Below, piece after piece: positions 1 through 7,795 of a DNA stretch of 17,603 bases. Under the pieces are notes generated by a model, which saw only the letters and a list, made by a program, of their open reading frames with translations, was not told the DNA's origin and did no database searches. Numbering within the stretch: position 1 is the first letter of the stretch; every line of letters starts with the position of its first letter. The position numbers and the translations under genes are program-made. Source of the DNA: Gemmatimonadota bacterium (lineage in GTDB: Bacteria > Latescibacterota > UBA2968 > UBA8231); the NCBI GenBank assembly GCA_038153405.1, contig JAYOYH010000076.1:1-17603 (forward strand), given 5' to 3'.

Positions 1-1217
1 ACGCGCAGGTCGAACTCCGGTACAGTAGCTAGGATATGGTCGAAAATATCGGCCTGAATCGCCTCGTAGTTGGCCCAGACAATATCCTTGCAAAACACGT
101 AGATCTCGATGGGAATGCCCTTTTCCGACGGCGCTAGCTGGCGCACTAGGAACGTCATGTCCCCGTTGATCTGCGGATGGTTTCGCAGGTAGGCCGTCAC
201 GTAGGCGCGGAAGGTGCCCAAGTTGGTCATGCGACGACCGTTGACTAGGTGCGAAAGGTCGACCTGCTGCTGGCTGAGCTGCTCGTTGTGCTCGGCCAGC
301 TCCTTCTTTTTGCGCTCGATGTGTTCGGCAATGTGCTGGATGCGCGCAAAGCGCTGCAGCATTGCTTCATCGCAAAACTTCACGGAGCTGATATCTATAT
401 GGACGGCGCGCTTGATGCGGCGACCTCCCGAATCTTGCATGCCGCGCCAGTTTTTAAACGATTCGCTGATCAGTGCGTAAGTGGGAATTGTCGTAATGGT
501 CTTGTCCCAGTTTTGCACTTTGACCGTAGTCAGCGAAACATCGAGCACATCGCCGTCAGCGCCATATTTGGGCATTTCTATCCAGTCACCGCGCGACACC
601 ATGCGGTTGACCGTGAGCTGTATGCCTGCGACTAGACCCAGGATGGCATCGCGAAAAATGAGCAGGAGCACGGCGGTAATGGCGGTGAGGCCGCCGATGA
701 GCACTGTAGGCGATTTGCCGAGTAATACGGAGAGGGTAAAGAGGCCGGCGACAAAGTAGAGAATGACTTTGACGAACTGCACGAGGCTCTTAATGGAAAT
801 TTCGCGCGAGGTGTCGGTTCGGCGGTAAATAGAGAGCAACGCACTGAGCAACGCGTCGATGACCAGCGCGCCGACCAGCAGCAGGTAGATTGTAGCACTC
901 GTATTGGCCAGCGATGACAAGCGCGCATTATCGCTCAGTAGCAGCGGCGCTAGGCGATAGATCACCAAACCCGGTACGAGGTGGGTCAGACGGTGGAGGA
1001 CGCGTTCTTCAATAAGTATATCATCCCACGACGTGCCCGTGCGGCGTATGATCGCAACGACGGTGCTGAGCACAGGGCCGCGCGCTAGCGCGTGCGCGAT
1101 AAAGGCTACCAGCGCCACCAGCGCAATGGCCAATACGTGCACGAGGAACTGGGTCAACTCGGGCGCCACGCCCCAGGCGGCCATTTCTCGGCGGATTATG
1201 CTGAGCAGTTCCAGCAC
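1..1217 (-). CDS. ybdG: Mechanosensitive ion channel, MscS family (YbdG/miniconductance type); 3' end runs off the window
   Basis: Absent from the ORF track because there is no stop in the window, so I translated both ends by hand and they are in frame. GTG at 1217 gives [16 protein letters not shown]...[21 protein letters not shown]. The C-terminal part reads [79 protein letters not shown], characteristic of YbdG-type channels. The exact start is uncertain. Confidence 0.9.
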   Translation of the reverse strand, partial: [405 protein letters not shown]

Positions 1218-1219
1218 GC

Positions 1220-2335
1220 TCAGTGCACACCGTTTCCGCTGACGAGCTGCAGCAGCTCGTTGCCTACTAGGTCGCGGCGCCAGCCGCGCAAAATGCGGAA
1301 CTGCTCGCCGCTGCTCTGCGCCCCTTCACTGACCAGACCGCGCACTTCGGCGCGCGATGCGACAAAGGGCGCGTCGAGTGCGTGCGACTCGCTAGTGCTG
1401 CGCAGATGGCTCATGGCGCGCGCGAGCATTTCCTCAAAAGCATCGTCGTCCATGCGCCGTCGGCGCCGCGGCCGTCGCGGGCACAGCTCATCGGGCACCT
1501 CCAGGCCGACGCGCACCAATTCAATAATTCGATCTACGTCGCGCCGCGGCAGGCCGCGCAGGTTCTTTATGTCCTCGAGCGACCGCGGTTTGCGCCGCGC
1601 TAGTAGCACGATGGCCTCGTCGCTGAGCACGTGGCTGCGCGGTCGATCGCGGCGCTTCGCCTCGCTTTCGCGCCAGGCGGCTAATTCGCGGACGATGGCT
1701 CCTTCGCGCGGCGAGATGCGTCCGGTGCCCTTGACGCGCTCGTACTGCTCGCGCTCGTCGCGCTCATCGTACTGCACGGGGTTGTCATAGGCTTCTAGCT
1801 CTTCGCGCAGCCACTCCTCGCGCCCCATTGCGCCAATGCGCTCCAGCAGTTTGTCGCGCGTTTCGTGCAGGTAGCATATGTCTTCGATGGCGTAGGCTAC
1901 CTGCTCGTTGGAGAGCGGCCGCTGCAGCCAATCGGTCCGTGTCTCGCTCTTTTCGAGTGAGACGCCGATCACGTTTTCTAGCAGGTCGGCCAGCGATGAT
2001 GTGGAACTCATACCGGCCAGCCCAGCGGCGCAGCGCGTGTCAAAGACGTTGCGCGGGTAGGCCCCGGTGGCGCGCTTGAGAATGGTTAGGTCCTGCTGTG
2101 CGTCGTGCAGGATCTTGACGATTGTAGGATCGGCAATGACGGCACCCAGCGCAGAGAGGTCTCCAATCGCGGGTGCGTCGATTAGATGGCACTCGTCAGC
2201 GGATAGGCCGACCTGTATTATGCCCAGTTTGGGGTAGTAGGTGCGATCCCAGACGAATTCGGTGTCGAGGGCCAGACAGTTGGCTTTTAGAGCGCGTTGG
2301 CAAAAATCGGCCAGCGCTGGGAGGGTATCAATCAT
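1220..2335 (-). CDS. rnd: Ribonuclease D (DEDDy 3'-5' exonuclease with HRDC domain)
   Basis: 371 aa with exonuclease motifs ALDTEF, HDAQQDL, TDWLQRPLS and YAIEDI, an HRDC-like segment LAAWRESEAKRRDRPRSHVLSDEAI, and the C-terminal GWRRDLVG typical of RNase D. Confidence 0.93.
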   Translation of the reverse strand: MIDTLPALADFCQRALKANCLALDTEFVWDRTYYPKLGIIQVGLSADECHLIDAPAIGDLSALGAVIADPTIVKILHDAQQDLTILKRATGAYPRNVFDTRCAAGLAGMSSTSSLADLLENVIGVSLEKSETRTDWLQRPLSNEQVAYAIEDICYLHETRDKLLERIGAMGREEWLREELEAYDNPVQYDERDEREQYERVKGTGRISPREGAIVRELAAWRESEAKRRDRPRSHVLSDEAIVLLARRKPRSLEDIKNLRGLPRRDVDRIIELVRVGLEVPDELCPRRPRRRRRMDDDAFEEMLARAMSHLRSTSESHALDAPFVASRAEVRGLVSEGAQSSGEQFRILRGWRRDLVGNELLQLVSGNGVH

Positions 2336-2514
2336 AAAGGCTTATCTGCGAGTAGAATACGCATCGCGGGGCCATGAGAAACTAAGCTAGGTCTTCCGAT
2401 GCAGCAAGCTCGTTTAAAAAAGGAGATAATTTGCTCGAGTTGATCCATGTGCATTGACTGCTGGATATGCCGGCGGGCGCGAATGGACGTTTGCAATCGC
2501 GGTATCAACGTGCG

Positions 2515-2543
2515 TTGGATCGCGCGCGGCCAGCGCTTATATT
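2515..2543 (+). promoter_or_regulatory. Candidate sigma70 promoter for the PhyH-family gene
   Basis: TTGGAT (2515-2520), 17-nt spacer, TATATT (2538-2543), 57 nt upstream of ATG 2601. Confidence 0.45.
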
Positions 2544-2600
2544 GACCAACTTCAAGCCGCGTCGTCGGCTCGTGCGAAAAATATAGTCCAAGGAGCTCCC

Positions 2601-3464
2601 ATGGATTTCAGCAATGGCGCGTCGCGTAGCGAGCGAATGCAGTGCTACGACCAACTCATTCACAGCGGCTATTGCCGCATTGAGGGCGTGCTGGAGGGCG
2701 CTATGCTCGATCGGCTGCGCAGCGTGACAGACCGCTTGCTCGATGCGCAGAACGAAGAGCAGCGCAGTGCGCAGCGCTCCACCGGCAGCATGATCAGCGT
2801 GACGGACGACGCGCTCTTTGCCGAATTGGTGGCCTATCCACGCGCACTGGACGCGCTGGCTCAGCTTGGCTTTGTGCATCCGCGCTGGTCTTCGGGCTTC
2901 GTCATATCCAAGCCGCCGCACAGCCCGGCGCTGTTCTGGCACCAGGATTGGTGGGGTTGGAACGATCCGTGCAGCTACACGCCCATTCCGCAGCAGCTCT
3001 TCCTAATGTATTACCTGGTCGATACGTCGCCGTACAATGGCTGTTTGCGCTTGCTGCGCGGTTCGCATCTAAAGCGCCACGCTATGCACGACGCCGTCCC
3101 CGACGCCCATACAGACGAACTGCGGCGCGTAGCAGACCCCGACCATCCAGCCTACCAATCCATTGTCGAAGAGGTCGACGTGCCGGTGTGCGCCGGCGAT
3201 TTAGTCATCGGCGACTCGCGCCTTTTGCACTCGGCCCATGCCAACAAATCGGATGTGCGCCGCACGGTTATTACGCTGTGGTACCACCCGTATTACGACA
3301 TACTGCCGGAGGGTTTGCGCGCGGCAATTGGCCGCCCGCGCCCGGCCGGCAGCTGGTCCGAGGGCGATTGGCAGCGCGTGGGCGATGCGGGCCTAACGGC
3401 CCACTATGAGGGCACCTGCGCACCGACGGAGTGGAATCGCGTGCCGGGCTCGCAGCTGGTCTGA
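2601..3464 (+). CDS. Phytanoyl-CoA dioxygenase (PhyH) family Fe(II)/2-oxoglutarate dioxygenase
   Basis: ATG 2601 follows AGGAG (2591-2595); 287 aa. Shows SKPP...WHQD (HxD), NGCLRLLRGSH, and AGDLVIGDSRLLHSAHANKSDVRR with the distal His and 2OG-binding Arg. Substrate unknown. Confidence 0.88.
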   Translation: MDFSNGASRSERMQCYDQLIHSGYCRIEGVLEGAMLDRLRSVTDRLLDAQNEEQRSAQRSTGSMISVTDDALFAELVAYPRALDALAQLGFVHPRWSSGFVISKPPHSPALFWHQDWWGWNDPCSYTPIPQQLFLMYYLVDTSPYNGCLRLLRGSHLKRHAMHDAVPDAHTDELRRVADPDHPAYQSIVEEVDVPVCAGDLVIGDSRLLHSAHANKSDVRRTVITLWYHPYYDILPEGLRAAIGRPRPAGSWSEGDWQRVGDAGLTAHYEGTCAPTEWNRVPGSQLV

Positions 3465-3469
3465 GCCCG

Positions 3470-4915
3470 CTAGCCGTGTGCGCGAAACGCCGGCTTCTCG
3501 CCCGGCGTCGGCGAGTGGTCAAAGGCGCCTTTGGTGCGCACGGCCTCCTCGCCGCCGTTGCGCTCGACCGTAGTCCGTTGGTCGGCGCGTGCCTGCGCGT
3601 CCACCGCTTCCGGGTCGAGCATGGCGCGCAGTTCGCGTTCAAAGTTGGCCAATAGCTCGCCGTGTTCGGGCGCGGCGGACAAATCGTTTAACTCATCGGG
3701 ATCTTCACGCAAATCAAAGAGCTGCGGTGGCGCGCCGACGTAGTGGTTGTACTTGTAGCGTCGGCGGCGCAGCATAAAGCAGGCGTGCTGTGTGCCGAGC
3801 GCGTGATACTCGCTGAGGACCGTGCGCTCGGCATCGTCCTCGTTGGCCGTTTGCCACAGCGAACGACCGGGCAAGTCGTCGTCTGTCGCTTCGGCCCCCA
3901 CGCACTCGAGCGCCGTGGGAAAGATATCGACCAGCGAGACGGGCGTCTCGACAACGTTGCCCTGCGGCACGTCAGGTCCGGCGATAATGAGCGGCACGGC
4001 GGCCGCTTCGTCGTAGAGCGTAAACTTGCCAAACAGACCGCGCGCGCCGAGGCACTCGCCGTGGTCAGACGAGTAGACCACGCGCGTGTCGTCGCTCAGG
4101 CCAAGTGTGTCGAGCGCGCCGAGCACGGCGCCGACCTGTTGGTCTAAATACGTCGTCGTCCCCATATAGGCGGCGGTTACGCGGCGCACGGTCTCTTCGT
4201 CGTGGCCGTCTTCCATGCTAAAAAATTGGCGAAAGTAATCCAATGCGGGGTGAGTTGGCCAGGTGTCTGGCGTCCACTGCGGCGGCAGCGGCACGTCGCT
4301 CTGGCCGTAGCGAGCATAGAGTTCGGGTGGGGCGATGTAGGGCGGATGTGGACAGACGAAGTTGAGAAAAACGGCCCATGGCTTGTCGTCGTGACGGTGC
4401 TCTTCCAGCCAGCGCAGCGCGTGTGACGTGCAGCGCGCATCGTACTGTAAGTACGTTGAATCGCCGCCGCCGGCTCTGCTCAGCTCGCCCACCTTGTCGC
4501 GAAAGGGCGGGCTGTCGCGGATGCAGCCGAGTACGTCACCGGTGCCGTCGACTACGTGCAGCGGCTCCACTTCGCGGCGAAAGCCGTGATCGGTTCCCTG
4601 GCCTTTAAAATGCAGCTTGCCGATAGAGTCGCAGGTGTATCCCTGTCCGCGCAGGCGGTGGTGCCAAGAAGGCACGGTGCCGTCGTAGGGGTGACCGTTG
4701 TCCCAGAATCCGATCTGATGCACGTAGCGGCCGGTGGCCAGCGAGGCGCGCTCGGGCACGCAGATCGGGCAGTTAGTATAGGCGTTTTGAAAGCGCGTGC
4801 CGCGCGCGGCTAGCGCGTCGAGGTGGGGCGTGTGCACCAGCGGGTGGCCGTAGGCACCGCTAAAGAGGCGGTGATGCTGGTCGGAAAGAATAAAGAGAAA
4901 GTTTTTCGCTTGCAT
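3470..4915 (-). CDS. Cys-type (formylglycine) sulfatase, choline-sulfatase-like; cytoplasmic
   Basis: Start reassigned to ATG 4915 (MQAKNFLFILSDQH), 481 aa. Motifs SDQH, CPICVPERASLATG (CxPxR), GKLH, SSDHGE and QLFDLREDPDE. No signal peptide. Confidence 0.9.
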   Translation of the reverse strand: MQAKNFLFILSDQHHRLFSGAYGHPLVHTPHLDALAARGTRFQNAYTNCPICVPERASLATGRYVHQIGFWDNGHPYDGTVPSWHHRLRGQGYTCDSIGKLHFKGQGTDHGFRREVEPLHVVDGTGDVLGCIRDSPPFRDKVGELSRAGGGDSTYLQYDARCTSHALRWLEEHRHDDKPWAVFLNFVCPHPPYIAPPELYARYGQSDVPLPPQWTPDTWPTHPALDYFRQFFSMEDGHDEETVRRVTAAYMGTTTYLDQQVGAVLGALDTLGLSDDTRVVYSSDHGECLGARGLFGKFTLYDEAAAVPLIIAGPDVPQGNVVETPVSLVDIFPTALECVGAEATDDDLPGRSLWQTANEDDAERTVLSEYHALGTQHACFMLRRRRYKYNHYVGAPPQLFDLREDPDELNDLSAAPEHGELLANFERELRAMLDPEAVDAQARADQRTTVERNGGEEAVRTKGAFDHSPTPGEKPAFRAHG

Positions 4916-4950
4916 TGTCGTCGCTTTTGCTGTGGGCCCGGTCGTCGGCG

Positions 4951-6429
4951 CTAGGGCGTCCCGACGACCTGGCCGGAGTCGTCGAGCGGTGGGGCGGGAA
5001 AGTGCAGACCGCGCACGCCGGAAAGCCCCTTGTTGGGACCGGGCGTATAGGGGCGATCGGGCAGGCCGACCAGCTGTCCATTCTCGACCCACTGCAGGTC
5101 GCTTCCGTACAGTTCGGCGATGAGCCCGTCCGTCAGGTCGGCGCGCACGGCGGCGTGTTCCTCCGAGGCAGAAAGATCGACGCGCTCGTCGGGATCTTCC
5201 TGCATGTCGAATAGCTGCGTGCGGTTGCCTACCGGATAGTAGATGAGCTTGTAGCGCTCGTCGCGCAGCATGCGCGTGGCACCGGCATTTTCGCCGCATT
5301 CGCCGTATAGGGTTTCACGGTGCGCATCACCGACCATCGACAAACCTTCGACGCTCTCCGGTATGTCGACGCCGGCTAGATCGAGCAGCGTCGGCATGAC
5401 GTCCTGCCAGCCGACGAGCCGGTCGTCAACGGCGTGGTGCGGAACGCGTCCATCGCGCCCGCCGACCAGAATCATCGGCACGTTGGCCGAGCGTTCGTAG
5501 TAGAGGCGCTTGGCCCACAGGCCGTGATTGCCCAGCATGTCGCCGTGGTCGGAAGTGAACAGTATGATGGTATCGTCGAGCAGGCCCTCTTCGCGCAGGG
5601 TGCCAATGACCACGCGCAGTTGGTGGTCGATATGGGTGCACAGCGCGTAGAAGGCGCGGCGAATGCGGCGGATTTCGGCGTCTTTTATATGCGCGTGCTT
5701 GCCCTGTACTTGCTTAAGAGCAAAGGGTAGGCTGTCGAAGTCGCGCGACCACTCGCTGTCGTAGGGGCGGTCGATATCGACGTCCATGTAAAGGTCGAGA
5801 TAGCTCTGCAAGGGGACGAGCGGCGGATGCGGATGGCAAAACGAGAGAAACCAGAGTCCCGGTCGCTCGGGGTCGCGCCGCTTGATCAGGCGGCACATTT
5901 CGCGCGCGGCCCAGTTGGTTACGTGCGCGTGCTCGGGCAGGTGCCAAGGCCGGTAGGAGTACTCGTTGTTGCTCATACCGTGCGCAAAGCCCTGTCCGGC
6001 AAAGCCGTGGTCGGACAGGTAGAGGTCGTGGTCGTCGACGGCGCCTAAGTGCGGCCGGCCTTCTTCGGCTAGGATCACGTCGTTAAAGCCAATGCGGTTG
6101 CGCTGCGGGTAGACGTGCAGCTTGCCGACGGCATAGGCCTGATAGCCGCTGTTGCGGAACGTCTGCGCCAGCGTTGGTATGTCCGGCATGGGTTCGAGCG
6201 TTTTAAAGACGCGATCGCCGTGCGTTTTGGGCGGCGTGCCCGTCATGAGCGTGCGGCGCGCGGGGATGCATACGGGACACTCGCTGTAGGCATTGCTAAA
6301 GCGGGTGCCGCTGCGCGCTAGCTCGTCGAGGGTCGGGGTGATAATGGCTGAGTGGCCCGCTTCGCCGAGTAGGGCGGCGGGCCAGTGGTCGGTGGAGATC
6401 AGCAGGACGTGTGGTCTATCAGTAGGCAT
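4951..6429 (-). CDS. Cys-type (formylglycine) sulfatase; cytoplasmic
   Basis: 492 aa with RPHVLLISTDH, CPVCIPARRTLMTG (CxPxR), GKLH, HPHPP, TSDHGD and QLFDMQEDPDE. No signal peptide. Lies 35 nt upstream of the second sulfatase, so a two-gene operon is likely. Confidence 0.92.
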   Translation of the reverse strand: MPTDRPHVLLISTDHWPAALLGEAGHSAIITPTLDELARSGTRFSNAYSECPVCIPARRTLMTGTPPKTHGDRVFKTLEPMPDIPTLAQTFRNSGYQAYAVGKLHVYPQRNRIGFNDVILAEEGRPHLGAVDDHDLYLSDHGFAGQGFAHGMSNNEYSYRPWHLPEHAHVTNWAAREMCRLIKRRDPERPGLWFLSFCHPHPPLVPLQSYLDLYMDVDIDRPYDSEWSRDFDSLPFALKQVQGKHAHIKDAEIRRIRRAFYALCTHIDHQLRVVIGTLREEGLLDDTIILFTSDHGDMLGNHGLWAKRLYYERSANVPMILVGGRDGRVPHHAVDDRLVGWQDVMPTLLDLAGVDIPESVEGLSMVGDAHRETLYGECGENAGATRMLRDERYKLIYYPVGNRTQLFDMQEDPDERVDLSASEEHAAVRADLTDGLIAELYGSDLQWVENGQLVGLPDRPYTPGPNKGLSGVRGLHFPAPPLDDSGQVVGTP

Positions 6430-6572
6430 GATAGCAGGTTCAGTTGAGGGTGAAGGTGCGGCGGTCGATGGATTTTGGGCCGCGTAGCGCGCACGGTAGA
6501 CGTTCGGAACGCCACGTCAGATTTAAGGAAGGGGAGACGGAGCGTCAACTCGCCCGCGGCGCCTGCGCTCTG

Positions 6573-6601
6573 TTGTTAGCGGGTACGCGTCGGCCTATTT
6601 T
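6573..6601 (+). promoter_or_regulatory. Candidate sigma70 promoter for the cupin-kinase genes
   Basis: TTGTTA (6573-6578), 17-nt spacer, TATTTT (6596-6601), followed by a GAGGAG SD before ATG 6628. Confidence 0.4.
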
Positions 6602-6627
6602 GGACAATATAGAGAGGAGAATGCGCC

Positions 6628-6942
6628 ATGAGTGAGAAGAATGAGATTTCGGATCAGGTCGGCACGAAGCTGCTCTTTGAAAACGAACGCGTGCGCGTGT
6701 GGGATTTGCGTCTAGCGCCGGGACAGAGCACGGGCCTACATCGGCACGAGCACGACTATCTATATGTCGTCATTGGCGACGGTGCGCTGCAGGCGGCCGG
6801 AGCCGACGGTCAGCGCGGCGAGGCCAGCCAGATGAAAGACGGCGACGTGCGCTTTCGCGCGCTAGAAGGCGAGGACGTGCACGAGGCGTTTAACGTCGGC
6901 GACGGCCCGTGGCGCAATATAGTCGTCGAGCTGAAGTCGTAA
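6628..6942 (+). CDS. Small cupin-domain protein (BauB-like)
   Basis: 104 aa with a strong SD (AGAGGAG). FENERVRVWDLRLAPGQSTGLHRHEHDY gives cupin motif 1 (HxH) and VHEAFNVGDGPWRNIVVELK gives motif 2. Confidence 0.85.
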   Translation: MSEKNEISDQVGTKLLFENERVRVWDLRLAPGQSTGLHRHEHDYLYVVIGDGALQAAGADGQRGEASQMKDGDVRFRALEGEDVHEAFNVGDGPWRNIVVELKS

Positions 6943-7721
6943 TGAGTGCGCCGCCGCCGTCTCAGGTGCTGCGCGCCTTTGGCGTCGAAGAGAGGCCACG
7001 GCACCTGTGCGGCGGAACGGGCACCAGCTGGCGCGCAGGTGAGCGCGTGTTCAAGCCCTGCCACAGCGCGGTGGAGTGGCATTGGCTGGCTGCGCACCTA
7101 CCGCGCGTTGCCGCGGAGGGCTTTCGCCTGCCGCTGCCTTTAGCATCGATCGATGGTCGCTGGGTCGTCGACGGTTGGTGCGCGCAGCAGTGGGTAGAAG
7201 GTTGCCACCGGGAGGCAGAGCGGTGGCCGGATCTGTTTGCCGTCGACGTCCATCTACACGACGCGCTGGCCGCGCTGCCGCAGCCGGCGCACTGGGCACT
7301 GCGCCAAGACCGCTGGTCGCAGGCCGATCGCATGGCGTGGGGCGAAGCGACTCCGCCGGCCAACGCGCAGCTGCAGGTGCTGTTGGACCTGCGCCAGCCT
7401 CTCGATCTGCCGGCACAGCTGATCCACGGCGATCTAACGGGCAACGTGCTCTTTGCCGCGGTCGGTCTGCCGGCCGTCATCGACCTATCGCCCTACTGGC
7501 GTCCGAGAGGCTATGCCACGGCTATTTTAGCTGCCGATTTGGTGTGTTGGCACGGTGTGGATCCGGACGCGGTGCTCGAACGCGTGAGGCCGGTGACTCA
7601 CTTTCCGCAGCTATTGGTGCGCGCCCTGCTCTTTCGCATGGCCACCGATCTGCTTGCCGGTGCGGCCCATCTATACGGTCACGCGCCCGGCGTTGCGCTT
7701 GCCGTGCGTCTGCACGCCTAA
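6942..7721 (+). CDS. Aminoglycoside-phosphotransferase/choline-kinase-fold protein (TIGR02569-like)
   Basis: ATG 6942 overlaps the cupin stop (TAATG); 259 aa. N-terminal PPPSQVLRAFG, then RVFKP (ATP Lys), QLIHGDLTGNVLF (HGDxxxN catalytic loop) and VIDLSPYWRP (Mg-binding Asp). Confidence 0.8.
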   Translation: MSAPPPSQVLRAFGVEERPRHLCGGTGTSWRAGERVFKPCHSAVEWHWLAAHLPRVAAEGFRLPLPLASIDGRWVVDGWCAQQWVEGCHREAERWPDLFAVDVHLHDALAALPQPAHWALRQDRWSQADRMAWGEATPPANAQLQVLLDLRQPLDLPAQLIHGDLTGNVLFAAVGLPAVIDLSPYWRPRGYATAILAADLVCWHGVDPDAVLERVRPVTHFPQLLVRALLFRMATDLLAGAAHLYGHAPGVALAVRLHA

Positions 7722-7795
7722 GGGCTCTTTACAACGACGCCTCTCCAGTGGTTTTTAAATGAAGTCGTTCCTTCTCTCTTTCAGAGGCATTTCTA

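Noticed and set aside
4916..5299. 128-aa N-terminal extension of the sulfatase in the ORF track (3470..5299)
   Set aside because: Arg-rich, non-protein-like sequence overlapping the upstream sulfatase in another frame. Sulfatase homology begins at MQAKNFLFILSDQH (4915).
6520..6548. Minus-strand promoter for the sulfatases (TTGACG-N17-TAAATC)
   Set aside because: The -35 is good but the -10 lacks the conserved final T. Plausible, but too weak to list as a feature.
6942..7721. Aminoglycoside resistance gene
   Set aside because: The fold motifs are shared by many metabolic kinases. There is no mobile context and no specific resemblance to characterised APH enzymes.
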